A stretch of 64,000 nucleotides of DNA, from positions 2,464,001-2,528,000 of the forward strand of contig OY762825.2 in assembly GCA_963666425.2 (NCBI GenBank), in the 5' to 3' direction. Shown in pieces: positions 29,901-39,786 of the stretch (position 1 is its first letter; the number at the start of each line of letters is the position of its first letter). Source of the DNA: Bacillota bacterium (GTDB lineage: Bacteria > Bacillota > JAAYKD01). A model generated the notes under the pieces. The model did no database searches. It had not been told where the DNA came from and saw only the letters and a list, made by a program, of their open reading frames with translations. Made by a program: the position numbers and the translations under genes.

Positions 29901-32900
29901 AGCGGAGCAACGAATTCGCAGTACACGTTAACGGCTGCCGATTATGGCAAATTTATCAAAGTCGTCGCCACCGGCTCCGGCAGCTATGCCGGCAGTGTGG
30001 AGAATGCTGCTGTGAAAGGTGCCGTTGCCGCCTGCCCCATCACCGCGCTCGGCGATTTTACCGGTGCCTGCAATGTTGGACAAGCGCTCGTTGCGGGAGC
30101 AATTACTCCGTCCAATGCTACAGTAATCTATGAATGGTATATTTCAGATCAAAAGAAAGCTGATCCAAGCAGTTGGACTGTAATCGGCGCCACGACCGAC
30201 GCCATCGTGATTCCGGAGAATAAAATAGGTGCCGGTTCCGGTACGGATAATATTGGCTACTATATAAAAGTAGTGGTCACCGGCTCGGGTGCTTTCAGCG
30301 GCACGCAGTCAAAAGTGGTTGGACCGATAGGCAGTACGCTCAACCTGACTCCGCTGACTGCAATTGGGTCGATCATTGGTACAACAGCGCCAACACAGCT
30401 GGTCAGTGCAGGTAGTCTGACGCCGAACGGTGCCACGGTTACTTATCAATGGCTGCGCTGCCTGACTTCCGATGGAACTTATGAAACGATCACAGCTGCA
30501 ACTTCTGCTTCCTATACCATCCAAAATACGGATTTAGGTTACTATCTCAAGGTCAGCGCAACGGGAACCGGAGCTTATACCGGTATTGTGATTTCGGGCT
30601 TTAAGGGGCCGGTCATCGCACTCAGTCAAACGACGCCGATTACTGCCATTTCGGATATCCTTTATACCACTGCCCGCAACGTGACTTTGACCGCAGGCAC
30701 GGTGACGCCATTGCTGGCTACTGTGACCTATCAGTGGCAGGTCAGCAGCAGTATATCCGGCAGCTATACCGATATTGCCGGTGCGACAGCCAACACCTAT
30801 ACAATACCTTTGACTCAAACCTATGGCTATTATTTCAAAGTAAAAGCGACCGGTTCCGGTTCCTATACCGGCACCGTCACCAGCAATTATACCGGGCCAG
30901 TCGTAGAAACTCCTACTCCCCTGACCAGTGTTGCAATCAACGGTACGGCGCAGGCGGGACAGACTCTGACAGCCGCTGTACAGCCGACCAATGCCACCGT
31001 AACCTATCAGTGGCAGATTTCAACCACAGTCAATGGGACCTATACCGATCTAGCCGGAGCCACTGCTTCAACCTTCCTTGTCACGGTGGTAGAATACAAC
31101 TACTATCTGCGCGTTGTCGCCATCGGGTCCGGTGCCTATACCGGGACAGTGATCAGCGCTTCTACGGATCGCATCGCCGCTTTCCCGATTTCGGCCATGG
31201 CGCCGATCAGCGGAACAGCCACTGTGGGCAATACGATAACGGCGGGCGGCTTGACCCCGGCGGCGGCCACCGGGGTTTATCAATGGCAAATTTCCACTAC
31301 CGGCAATGCGGCTGACTTTACGGATCTAGCCGGGGCAACTAGTGCCACATTGGCGCTGAGCGCCAACGAACTTGGTCAATATCTGCGGGTTAGCCTGACC
31401 GGTTCCGGTGCCTATTCCGGCAGTTATATCAGCGCTGCCGTTGGACCGGTCGTCTATGCGGAAGCTGCACCGGTCGCCAGTAATGTCGGCAGCACCGGTT
31501 CGGCGCAAGTTGGTCAGACGATGAGTGGCTATTATACTTACAGCGATCTAAACGGCGATTTGCAGGGAACTTCGACTTACCGCTGGCTGGCGGACAATAC
31601 CGCGATCAGCGGCGCAACGGCAAATACCTACCTGATCACGACGGCTGAACTCGGCAAAACGATTCAATTTGAAGTAACCCCCATCGCGCTCAGCGGTACT
31701 TTGAGCGGTACGGCAGTCAGAAGTACTGCCAGCTGTGCGGTGGTGACAGCAGACGCCCCGCGGGCCAACAATGTCAGCATCAGCGGCAGCGCTTCGGTTG
31801 GACAAACCCTGACCGGTTCCTATACTTATAGCGACAGCAACAGCGACCCGGAAGCAACGAGTACTTTCCAATGGTATGCGAATGACACACTGATCAGTGG
31901 TGCGAACTCCCTCACTTACCTGTTGACTTTAGCGGAAAGCGGCAAGACCATCCGCTTTGAAGTAACACCTGCAGCGCAAAGCGGAACCTCTCCCGGCGCG
32001 GCCAGCAAGAGTGCGCCGACCGCAGTGGTGTCGGTGGAAGAAATGGCGCCAATGGCGCTCAATGTCAGTATCTTAGGAACCTCTATGGTTGGCGAAACGC
32101 TAACCGTAGATTATACTTATCTGGATCTCAATGGCGATCCGGAAGGCGACAGCCAGATTCAATGGTATGCCAGTGACCTCAGTGATGGCTCTGAAATGCT
32201 GATGCTGGCAGAAAATCCGAATCGTACGGCAATTAGCGGCGCTACCGCAAGAACCTTAGTTATCACAGCAGCACTGCAGCAAAAACAGATCGATGTGGAA
32301 GTCACTCCGGTGGCGACCAGGGGTAAAAAAATCGGAAATCCTGCCCGCAGCGCTAAAACAAACGCGGTAACAACGGATATCAGCCTGCTTACCATTAATG
32401 GGGTGACTGCTCCGGTGAAAGGAGCCGTTCCGGTGGTGAGTCTAGCCGAAACAACGGAATATACACTTTCCCTGGTCTGGTCTCCTGCAGTATCTACTTT
32501 TACCGCCAATACAGTTTATACGGCGACCATTCAGGTTACGCCGAAAGCAGGCTATAGTCTGGCGAAAGTCAAGCATAACAGCTTTACGGTGACGGGAGCG
32601 GTTGCTGCCAACGCAGCTCATAGCGGCAGCGTAACGGCAGTCTTTCCGGCTACTGCAAAAGAAACGCTGATCAGCGTTTCAATCAGCGGCAACCCGGTCA
32701 TCGGTGAAACTCTGACAATGGATCAATTGCTACCCGCTAACGCTGCGGTGACCTATCAATGGCAAAGAAGTACGGCCTTTGACGGTAGTTACAGTGATAT
32801 TGCCGGGGCGAATACAAATCAATATGTGCTGACGGCAGAGGATGATTTGCAATATCTGCGTCTGTCGGTCAGTGGTTCAGGAAATTTCACCGGTACGCTG

Positions 32901-35900
32901 AGCAGTGTCCCTATCGGACCGGTCAGTGCGCAAGGTAGAGTTCTCAACGGTATCACGGCAATCGGGGGTTTGCCTCAGGTAGCCAGCCTTCTGACTGCGG
33001 GGGTTCTGACGCCAGCCGGTGCCAGCGCAACTTATCAGTGGCAAAGATGCGCCACGATAGACGGCGAATATCTTGCGATCAGCGGAGCGACCGGCAGCAG
33101 TTATCTGCTGACAGCCGACGATTATCAAGCTTATCTGAAGGTAGTCGCGACAGGCTCCGCCGGTTTCTCCGGCGTGATTACCAGCGCGGCTACGGCGCAA
33201 GTGCAGAAAGGGCCGTTGACCGCCATCTCCGATGTAATTGGTACCACCGTAATCGGACAAATCCTAACAGCCGGAACGGTCACACCGCTCGGTGCTACGG
33301 TGACCTACCAGTGGCAGAGATGCGGTACCACCGGAGCCTATGTTGATATTGCAGGTGCTACGGCAAGTAGCTATCAGATCACCGGTTCAGACAGTCAGTT
33401 CTTCCTAAGAGTGATTGCGACCGGCACGGGTGTTTATACCGGCAGCGTGACGAGTGACTCCACCGTACATAAGGTTACGGAAAGCAGTATTGCGATAAGC
33501 AGCATCGCAGCCACCGGCGGCAGCATCCAGGTCGGCCGCACGCTGACTGTAGGTGAATTGACTCCCTACGAAGCAACAGTAACTTACCAATGGGTTCGTT
33601 CTGCGGCAGCCGACGGGACGTATGAACCGATTGCCGGCGCGACCAACGCGGCTTACACGCTGACAGCGGCTGACTGCAATCAGTATCTCCGGGTTGTGGT
33701 GCTAGGTTCCGGTTTGTATACCGGCAGCTTGACCAGCATCGCGGTCGGTCCGGTCTCTACCGGGGTTGTCTCGGCAATCGCCGCGATCAATGGTACGACC
33801 ACAATCGGCCAAACCTTAAGCGCAGGCGCTCTGACACCGCTTGAAGCCACCGTAACCTATCAATGGCAGAAATGCAGAACAGCCGGCGGCAGCTACACTG
33901 AAATTAGTGGAGCTACTTCGGCGACCTATACAATTACGGCAGCTGATTTCAACTACTATCTCCGCGTGGTTGCTACCGGTTACGGCAGCTATACCGCTTC
34001 CGCCACCAGTGCACCGACTGCCAGTAAAGTAGGCAGTGCTAATACGCCGATTAGCAAAATCGGTGTGATTGTTGGTCAGATGCGAGTCGGCAATACGATC
34101 AGTGCGGGAACTTTAACACCTACCGTTGCCACTGCGACTTATCAATGGCTGCGCTGTTCGACAGAAGACGGCAGCTACGAACCGATTGCAGGGGCGACCG
34201 GCTCGACTTATTGCTTAACCGCGTTGGATTACAATTATTATTTGAAAGTCACTGCTGTCGGCTCCGGCAGTTATAGCGGCAGTGTGACGAGTTTGGCATC
34301 CGCTCTGACGGCAGCCTGCCCAATCAGCTCCATTTCGGACATTATCGGAACCACAACCGCGGGAGAAACATTAACCGCAGGAACGGTTACCCCGCTCGGT
34401 GCCACGGTCACTTATCAATGGCAGACTTCGGATGCAACCGATGAGACCAAGTTTATTGATATTGCCGGTGCGACTGCGCAGGATTTCATTGTGATTGCGG
34501 AATACAATTATCGCTACCTCAAAGTGGTGGTGACCGGCAGCGGCGCTTATACCGGAACGATCGCCAGCGCTCAAACAACCAGCAGAGTGGTTGGAACCGT
34601 GCTTGCTACTCTCAGCGGTATGGATCCGATCATCGGCACGGCCAAAATCGGTAATACGCTCACTGCGGGGAATCTGATTCCGGCCGGCACGGATGCAACC
34701 TATCAATGGCAAAAGTGCACGATTGCCGACGGCACCTACGAGAATATTCCGGGTGCGGCAGACAATTCTTATGTATTGACAGCAACCGATTATCAATACT
34801 ATTTGCGGGTCGTCGCTACTGCCTCCGGCAGTTATATTGGCAAAGCCACCAGTGCAGTCGTGGGACCGGTCGAGGCTGGAACGATAACAGCGGTGGGACC
34901 GATCAGCGGCATGGCAGCAATCGGGCAGACTGTGAGCGTGGGATCCATCGAACCAAGCGGTGCGACGGTGACTTATCAATGGCAAATAAGTCCGACGGCG
35001 GACGGTGTCTATACCGACTTAACGGGTGAGACTTTTGCTCATTATACAATCAGCGAAGCTGATTACAACAGTTATCTGAAAGTGACGGTCACCGGCAGCG
35101 GCAGTTATAGCGGCAGTATCAGCAGCGCGGCCAGCAGTAAAATCAGCAATGCAACGTTTGCGCTGACCGCTCTGGAAGCGATGCATGGTACGGCTGCAGT
35201 AGCGCAGCAACTGACGGCCGGGGCAGTGTCTCCTGCCGGGGCAACGGTGACCTATCAATGGCAGAAATGCCTGACTGCGGATGGCCAATACGAAGACATT
35301 GCTGGTGCCACTAAGAGCAGCTATCTGATAACCGCCAATGAATACGGTTATTATATCCGTCTGACCGTCAGTGGCTCGGGTAATTATGGCGGCAGTTTAA
35401 GCAGCGCGGCCACGGGATTGGTGCAAAAAGCGACCATCACGGCAATTTCGGATCTGATCGGCAGCACAAAAATCGGCTTAACCCTGACCGCCGGCGAATT
35501 GACGCCCAGCGGAGCAACCGCCGATTATCAATGGCAGCGCTCCGATACCGGCGGCGGTCTGACTTACAGCAATATCCCCGGCGCCACGGCAGAAAATTAT
35601 ACCATAACCGGTGAAGACAGCTATTGCTACATTCGCGTCGTTGCCACTGGCAACGGCGCTTACAGCGGAACCATCACGAGTGAATCCACCGTCAGCAGAG
35701 TGAGCGCCGACGAGCTGACACCGCTGCAGAGTATTGCAGCCATCAGCGGCAGTACTGTGGTAGGACAAACGCTGACAGCCGGCGTGCTGACACCGGTCGG
35801 AACGGCAACCTATCAATGGCAGCGCTGCGCTACAGTCGACGGCAGTTTTGAAAATATCAGCGGAGCCAGCAAAGCGACTTACATCCTGACAGCGGCTGAT

Positions 35901-38900
35901 CTGCATTACTTCCTCAAAGTGACGGCAACCGGTTCAGGAGTTTATTCCGGCACGGTGATCAGTTCTGTCACCGCCGAGGTTGCTGCCTGTCCGATCACCG
36001 GCATCGGTGCGACAGCCGGTTCACTGGCTGTCGGCCAGGTTCTGACTGCCGGCACCGCGCTGCCGGCCACCGCTAACCTGACTTATCAGTGGCAGAAAAG
36101 CGCGACGGTGGGGGGGACCTATCTCAATATCGACGGAGCTCAGCAAAACGCTTATGTTCTGCAAGCGGAGGATGCCGGTTACTATTTGAAGGTAGTGATC
36201 ACCGGTGTCAATGGCTACACGGGGACCATCACCAGTGCCTATTGCGGTCCTGTGGGTCTGACTCTTACGCCGATTACCGCCATTGCAGCCATCAACGGAA
36301 CTGCACAGGTCGGCAGTGTGCTGACCGCGGGAAGTCTGACGCCGAGCAATGCCACGGTTACTTATCAGTGGCAGAGAGCAGCCGAAGCGAACGGCACTTA
36401 TGACGATATCCCGGGAGCAACCGCCAGAAATTATACCTTGCAGGTTGAGGATTATACAAAATATATCCGGGCCAGAGCAACCGGATCCGGCAATTATGCG
36501 GAAACGGTCATCAGTGCTGCCACAGAGCAAGTAACCGCTTGCCCGCTGACAGCGATCTCGGATCTGATCGGTACAACCAGACAATACCAAACGCTGACAG
36601 CCGGCAGTGTGAGCCCGCTTGGCGCGACGGTTACCTACGAATGGCAGGTAACCAAAACACCGGGAAGCGGAACGCCTACGGTGATCAGCGGCGCTACCGC
36701 CAATACGTATTACATCGCATATTTAACCTATAGCCAATATTATATCCGCGTTGTCGCGACTGGGACGGGAGCCTATACGGGTAGTGTCGCCAGCGCTTAT
36801 TCCGTCAGTATCATCACGAGCGGAACCGCCACAGCGTTGTCTTCCATCGCTGCTACAAGCGGTGCAACGCAGGTCGGCAGTCTGTTGACCGCTGGGGTTT
36901 TGGGGCCAAATGGCGCAACTGCAACCTATCAATGGCAGAAGTGTGAGACCGAGAATGGTGTTTATGCCAACATCCCCGGAGCAACCGGCAAGACCTATCG
37001 GCTCACAGCAGCGGATTACAATTATTATCTTAAGGTAATCGCTACCGGTTCCGGTAGTTACAGCGGGACCCTGTCCGGTGACACAGTCGGGCCGATCAGC
37101 TTGGCCCCTGTTACAGCAATCGGTCCGATCAGCGGCAGCAGCATCAAGGGTGAAACCTTAACAGCCGGCAGCATTACGCCGCTTGCTGCCACCGTGAATT
37201 ACCAATGGCAGAGCAGTAATGCATCAAACGGCAGTTATACGGATATTGCCGGCGAAACACAAGCCAGCTATACCATGCAGGAGTCCGATCTGAATCGCTA
37301 TATCAGAGTCATGGTGACCGGCACCGGCAGTTATTTTGGCAGCGTGAGCAGCGTTGCGACCGGTCCGGTCGTAAATACCGCAATTCCCATCACGGCGATC
37401 GGACCGATCAGCGGAACGGTGCAAGTCGGGCAAAACCTGACAGCGGGAAGCGTCAGTCCGGCAGGCGCCAACGTTACCTATCAATGGCAGCGAGCGAACG
37501 CTGCCGGCGGCAGCTACAGTGATATTGCCGGCGCGACAGCAGCGAGTTACACGCTGACGGCGGACGATTACACCAAATTCCTGGTTGTGAGAGTAAGCGG
37601 CGCGGGCGTTTATAACGGGACGCAAATCAGCGCGGAAACAGCCGCAGTAGCGAGCTGTCCGATCACAGCGATCTCGCCAATTATCGGTTCCACCACAGCA
37701 GGGCAAACCTTAACTGCCGGAACGATTATGCCGCTAGGCGCAACCGTCACCTATCAATGGCAGGCTTGTCAGACTCCGGGCAGCGGTGCAGTTACCACGA
37801 TTGATGGGGCTGTCGCCAATAGCTATGTCGTGAGTCTGCAATACAGTTGGTCTTTCCTCAGAGTGGCGGTAACCGGCAGCGGAGCTTACAGCGGTACGAT
37901 AGAAAGTGCCTATACGACAGGCAGAGTAACCTCTGCGGCAGCCACGGCCATTTCAGCGATGGCTGCGATTCAGGGCAACGCTCAGGTTGGCACGCAGCTG
38001 ACTGCGGGCAATCTGACTCCGGCCGCGGCGACGGCGACGTATCAATGGCAAAGAGGCACCGCTTCAACCGGTAATTTCGAAGATATCTTGGGGGTGACAA
38101 CAAAGAATTATACGCCGACAGAGGCAGATGATTCCGCTTATCTCAGGGTGATTGCCACCGGTTCCGGCGCTTACAGCGGCGTGAAAACAAGCGCGGCGGT
38201 CGGACTGGTATTGGCGGCAGAAGCGGCTCCCTCGGTGAGTGGTGTCGGTATCAGTGGCACCGCTCAGGTTGGGCAAACGCTGAGCGGCCATTATAGCTAT
38301 TACGATGCGAACGGTGATCTCGAAGGGGTTTCCAGCTTCCGCTGGTTCGCCGACAGTACAGAGATCTCCGGCGCAACAGGCTTGACTTATGTCTTAACGG
38401 CAAGTGAGTTGGGTAAAACGATCCGATTTGAAGTTACACCGGTTGCCGCAAGCGGCATCAGCCACGGCACAGCCGTGCAAAGCAGTGCAACAGCACAGGT
38501 TGTGGCAGCCGAAGCGGCACCCAACGCCAGCCTGGTTAGTGTCAGCGGACTCTTACAAGTAGGAAAAACACTGACCGGACACTATAGCTATTCCGATGTG
38601 AACAGTGATCCGGAAGGCGTTTCCAGCTTTCGTTGGTTCGCCGACGGGACGGAGATCACCGGCGCGACAAGCTTGACTTTTGTTTTGACGGCAGGTGAAT
38701 TGGGTAAAGCGATCCGATTTGAAGTCACACCGGTGGCGACAAGCGGCACACTCAATGGCAGCGCCGTTCTGAGCGAGGCGACTGCGGCTGTGGCGGAAAC
38801 CGCAGCGGAAGCGGCTCCGACTGCCGACGCAGTCAGCATCAGCGGTACGGCGCAAGTAGGGCAAACGCTGACCGGTAATTATACCTACAGTGATGTGAAC

Positions 38901-39680
38901 GGTGATTCGGAAGGAATTACCACTTTCCGCTGGTTTGCCGGCGAAACGGTGATAATTGGTGCAACAGAGAGAACACTGCTCTTAACCGCAAATGAACTCG
39001 CTGCCGCAATTCGCTTTGAAGTGACACCGATGGCAGCAACGGGCACGAGCAGTGGTTTGGCGGCAATCAGCACCGTAACAGCCGCCGTGCTGCCGGCCGA
39101 AGCAGCGCCGCAAGCTATCAATGTGACAATCAGCGGCATGGCGCAATTCGGTCAAACGCTGACAGGCAATTATAGCTACAGTGATGTGAATGGTGATCCA
39201 GAAGGTGTTTCTAGCTTCCGTTGGTACGCCGATGGGGTTTTGATCACCGGTGCCGATGCAAAAACGTATTTGGTAACGGCGGCTGTACTCGGCGCTGTCT
39301 TGAAATTTGAAGTGACACCGATGGCCGCCACAGGGATCACCGGCGGCAGCGCCGTAGAAAGCGCTGTTACGGCGGCTGTCACAGAAAAACCGATTGACCT
39401 GACTGCCATCTCCGGTGTTACGCCACCGGTGAAAAATGCCACACCGGATACGACTGTAGAGGCTGCCAGTCAATATACAGCCACCATCGTCTGGAATCCA
39501 TCACCCGGAGATAAATTTAAAAATAACATTGTCTATACGGCTGTGATAACCCTGACACCGGCGGAAGGTTACACAACCATCGGCATTCCTGCCAACTATT
39601 TCACCATCGCCGGTGCAGTCACGGTGACGAATTCTGCCGATTCGGGAACAGTCAGTGCAATTTTCCCGAAAACGGGTTAG
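23997..39680 (+). CDS. Giant repetitive Ig-like surface protein / putative adhesin (5227 aa)
   Basis: TTG after AAGGAG; signal peptide then 'LSLS-KYV'; about 55 repeats of ~95 aa in three classes; no C-terminal TM, LPxTG or SLH. Confidence 0.88.
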   Translation: MTKPKWVRTMSAQKLILLLCALILSIFFISPAAARLSLSKYVLETKTYTISVASAEQFPITAMAALQGTAQVGQLLTAGALTPADAMATATYQWFSCATVDGIYTEIIDATAASYTLTAAEYGKFIHVVVTGSGGYSGQLTSTAVGPVSAAPITIAALLEITVPVKGELPDQTVAANAEYTAAITWSPVDSPFKAYTIYTAAITITPNTGYTLTGVAEDFFTVAGAVASNAANSGAVTAVFPRTAPAVINLAAIAGVTPPMIGATPVGSITETDQYTASLTWSPAHSQFSADTIYTASITLTAKTGYTLTGVAQNFFTVAGAVATNAADSGVVTAVFPKTALVPISFSAIAGITAPVKGALPTTSVMATEQYTATISWSPADSPFKANTVYTATISLTPKTGYTLAGVAENFFTVAGATAANTANSGLITAVFPATAKESLTAIGLSGTATIGQQLTAVDLLPSGATATYQWQRSETIDGTYVDIAGATNTAYTLVLADKDNYLRVAASGSGNYSATVYSSPSAKVSGIALISINAITGTTRQYETLTAGSFSPTEATVSYQWLRSDSASGEYSEIAGATSSTYTLVFDDNNHYIKVRISGTGSYSGSVESVSSGPVVFAATAITAMAAINGTPYIGQTLTAGALTPAEATASYQWQQSTALNGTYTNISGATNSSYYLTAAALNQFYRVVATGSGTFSGTVSASIGPIKTAAQQITAIGAISGSTVSGQILTAGTLTPAEATVTYQWQRSDLSGSIYTDLAGATSASYTLSDADLNCYLKVVATGYGTYTGTVISARSGPVATSTQNITSIGAITGTAQVGSTLTAGAVAPTNATVTYQWQTADNLSGPYTDLSNATSSTYTVTAANFGKFLRVKVTGSGAYAATVNSDAVGSVTACPLISITNISGTAVTTYTVTAGTVAPAGATVSYQWRRYTSSDPAASYTVIGSNAAGYLLTAADENTYLRVAAIGTAAYTGTVLSNYIVPKANTGGITAITAIADSIGLTEVFQSLTAGTVTPYGATVTYQWYRCDTASGTYAVVNGATSKNYNILGIDKGYFFKVEATGSGSYSGTVWSRYAGPITAAPLSAIGSISGTATIGQVITAGSLTPSAATVNYQWQRSDLNGENYSDITGATSNTYTLTAGDENRYLKVTVTGFGYYSGTLTSLRTGPVLTNATPITALSAIDGIARVGQILNAGTTTPLGATVTYQWQRCSEINGVYSNISGATTATYTLTPSDLNQYIKLVVHGAGIYATPAEGISSTAFGPVAVCPITAVSNIIGKAEVDQILTAGTVTPYGATVSYQWQRYINGSYAAISGATASTYTLVTADNTYYIRVAVSGISGYSGTVYSNNTGPVGSPNAISSISAITGVTKVSQVLTAGTVLPYGASVSYQWQNSSEADGTYANISGATSSNYTLTTADYGKYLKVIAEGTGVYFGEVISTPTDLISKGSITAISNISGSTISGQTLTAGVVTPLGATVTYQWQRSDTSGSNYTNITDATANTYLLTNADVACYLRVLVTGSQSYESSVTSLPTAVISPSGTATTALISIAATGGTAGVGQTLTAGAVSPSNATVTYQWQRSAGASDSAYANISGATTSSYVLTAADFGKYVRPVATGSGTFSGSVNPSGTSITLKQLVTAGNITGTPAVGETVVAGVLTPADATVTYQWLRASKNGTTYSNIAGATGRSYTIVDADDDGYLKVLIVGTGAYETNPTAGLLSAAYGRIEPYPFKITAISAITGISQVGQLLHAGATTPYGAAVTYQWLRKVAGAETYAEIIGATASSYTTTSSDYHAYIKVIATGAGSFSGWVESAPTALIAAAPLTAIGGISGTVATGQIITAGLLTPVEATATYQWQRSDTSGANFSNIADATGSTYLLGASDLNCSLKVIATGTGSYTGTVTSSAAGPVSATFQSITSIGPITGTATVNQTLTAGAIVPTNASVTYQWKRADSSGGSYTAISGATNSQYTLTAADYGKFIKVVATGSGSYAGSVENAAVKGAVAACPITALGDFTGACNVGQALVAGAITPSNATVIYEWYISDQKKADPSSWTVIGATTDAIVIPENKIGAGSGTDNIGYYIKVVVTGSGAFSGTQSKVVGPIGSTLNLTPLTAIGSIIGTTAPTQLVSAGSLTPNGATVTYQWLRCLTSDGTYETITAATSASYTIQNTDLGYYLKVSATGTGAYTGIVISGFKGPVIALSQTTPITAISDILYTTARNVTLTAGTVTPLLATVTYQWQVSSSISGSYTDIAGATANTYTIPLTQTYGYYFKVKATGSGSYTGTVTSNYTGPVVETPTPLTSVAINGTAQAGQTLTAAVQPTNATVTYQWQISTTVNGTYTDLAGATASTFLVTVVEYNYYLRVVAIGSGAYTGTVISASTDRIAAFPISAMAPISGTATVGNTITAGGLTPAAATGVYQWQISTTGNAADFTDLAGATSATLALSANELGQYLRVSLTGSGAYSGSYISAAVGPVVYAEAAPVASNVGSTGSAQVGQTMSGYYTYSDLNGDLQGTSTYRWLADNTAISGATANTYLITTAELGKTIQFEVTPIALSGTLSGTAVRSTASCAVVTADAPRANNVSISGSASVGQTLTGSYTYSDSNSDPEATSTFQWYANDTLISGANSLTYLLTLAESGKTIRFEVTPAAQSGTSPGAASKSAPTAVVSVEEMAPMALNVSILGTSMVGETLTVDYTYLDLNGDPEGDSQIQWYASDLSDGSEMLMLAENPNRTAISGATARTLVITAALQQKQIDVEVTPVATRGKKIGNPARSAKTNAVTTDISLLTINGVTAPVKGAVPVVSLAETTEYTLSLVWSPAVSTFTANTVYTATIQVTPKAGYSLAKVKHNSFTVTGAVAANAAHSGSVTAVFPATAKETLISVSISGNPVIGETLTMDQLLPANAAVTYQWQRSTAFDGSYSDIAGANTNQYVLTAEDDLQYLRLSVSGSGNFTGTLSSVPIGPVSAQGRVLNGITAIGGLPQVASLLTAGVLTPAGASATYQWQRCATIDGEYLAISGATGSSYLLTADDYQAYLKVVATGSAGFSGVITSAATAQVQKGPLTAISDVIGTTVIGQILTAGTVTPLGATVTYQWQRCGTTGAYVDIAGATASSYQITGSDSQFFLRVIATGTGVYTGSVTSDSTVHKVTESSIAISSIAATGGSIQVGRTLTVGELTPYEATVTYQWVRSAAADGTYEPIAGATNAAYTLTAADCNQYLRVVVLGSGLYTGSLTSIAVGPVSTGVVSAIAAINGTTTIGQTLSAGALTPLEATVTYQWQKCRTAGGSYTEISGATSATYTITAADFNYYLRVVATGYGSYTASATSAPTASKVGSANTPISKIGVIVGQMRVGNTISAGTLTPTVATATYQWLRCSTEDGSYEPIAGATGSTYCLTALDYNYYLKVTAVGSGSYSGSVTSLASALTAACPISSISDIIGTTTAGETLTAGTVTPLGATVTYQWQTSDATDETKFIDIAGATAQDFIVIAEYNYRYLKVVVTGSGAYTGTIASAQTTSRVVGTVLATLSGMDPIIGTAKIGNTLTAGNLIPAGTDATYQWQKCTIADGTYENIPGAADNSYVLTATDYQYYLRVVATASGSYIGKATSAVVGPVEAGTITAVGPISGMAAIGQTVSVGSIEPSGATVTYQWQISPTADGVYTDLTGETFAHYTISEADYNSYLKVTVTGSGSYSGSISSAASSKISNATFALTALEAMHGTAAVAQQLTAGAVSPAGATVTYQWQKCLTADGQYEDIAGATKSSYLITANEYGYYIRLTVSGSGNYGGSLSSAATGLVQKATITAISDLIGSTKIGLTLTAGELTPSGATADYQWQRSDTGGGLTYSNIPGATAENYTITGEDSYCYIRVVATGNGAYSGTITSESTVSRVSADELTPLQSIAAISGSTVVGQTLTAGVLTPVGTATYQWQRCATVDGSFENISGASKATYILTAADLHYFLKVTATGSGVYSGTVISSVTAEVAACPITGIGATAGSLAVGQVLTAGTALPATANLTYQWQKSATVGGTYLNIDGAQQNAYVLQAEDAGYYLKVVITGVNGYTGTITSAYCGPVGLTLTPITAIAAINGTAQVGSVLTAGSLTPSNATVTYQWQRAAEANGTYDDIPGATARNYTLQVEDYTKYIRARATGSGNYAETVISAATEQVTACPLTAISDLIGTTRQYQTLTAGSVSPLGATVTYEWQVTKTPGSGTPTVISGATANTYYIAYLTYSQYYIRVVATGTGAYTGSVASAYSVSIITSGTATALSSIAATSGATQVGSLLTAGVLGPNGATATYQWQKCETENGVYANIPGATGKTYRLTAADYNYYLKVIATGSGSYSGTLSGDTVGPISLAPVTAIGPISGSSIKGETLTAGSITPLAATVNYQWQSSNASNGSYTDIAGETQASYTMQESDLNRYIRVMVTGTGSYFGSVSSVATGPVVNTAIPITAIGPISGTVQVGQNLTAGSVSPAGANVTYQWQRANAAGGSYSDIAGATAASYTLTADDYTKFLVVRVSGAGVYNGTQISAETAAVASCPITAISPIIGSTTAGQTLTAGTIMPLGATVTYQWQACQTPGSGAVTTIDGAVANSYVVSLQYSWSFLRVAVTGSGAYSGTIESAYTTGRVTSAAATAISAMAAIQGNAQVGTQLTAGNLTPAAATATYQWQRGTASTGNFEDILGVTTKNYTPTEADDSAYLRVIATGSGAYSGVKTSAAVGLVLAAEAAPSVSGVGISGTAQVGQTLSGHYSYYDANGDLEGVSSFRWFADSTEISGATGLTYVLTASELGKTIRFEVTPVAASGISHGTAVQSSATAQVVAAEAAPNASLVSVSGLLQVGKTLTGHYSYSDVNSDPEGVSSFRWFADGTEITGATSLTFVLTAGELGKAIRFEVTPVATSGTLNGSAVLSEATAAVAETAAEAAPTADAVSISGTAQVGQTLTGNYTYSDVNGDSEGITTFRWFAGETVIIGATERTLLLTANELAAAIRFEVTPMAATGTSSGLAAISTVTAAVLPAEAAPQAINVTISGMAQFGQTLTGNYSYSDVNGDPEGVSSFRWYADGVLITGADAKTYLVTAAVLGAVLKFEVTPMAATGITGGSAVESAVTAAVTEKPIDLTAISGVTPPVKNATPDTTVEAASQYTATIVWNPSPGDKFKNNIVYTAVITLTPAEGYTTIGIPANYFTIAGAVTVTNSADSGTVSAIFPKTG

Positions 39681-39757
39681 CGATTCGTACGCAAAAAAAC
39701 AAAACATCGCAAATTGAGATAACACCGTAAATAATCTTTAAATATCGGCAAAAGCTA

Positions 39758-39786
39758 TTGACTGAGTGACTTTCCCGGCATATAAT
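39758..39786 (+). promoter_or_regulatory. Sigma-A promoter of second sipW
   Basis: TTGACT (39758-39763), 17 bp, TATAAT (39781-39786). Confidence 0.75.

Noticed and set aside
39600-39680. Sortase motif at the adhesin C-terminus (FPKTG)
   Set aside because: It resembles LPxTG but is the normal end of type-B repeats (FPRT, FPKT, FPAT) and has no following hydrophobic segment or basic tail
24222-39725. Many short antisense and alternate-frame ORFs inside the giant gene
   Set aside because: Shadow ORFs arising from Ala/Thr/Gly-rich codon bias; no recognisable motifs
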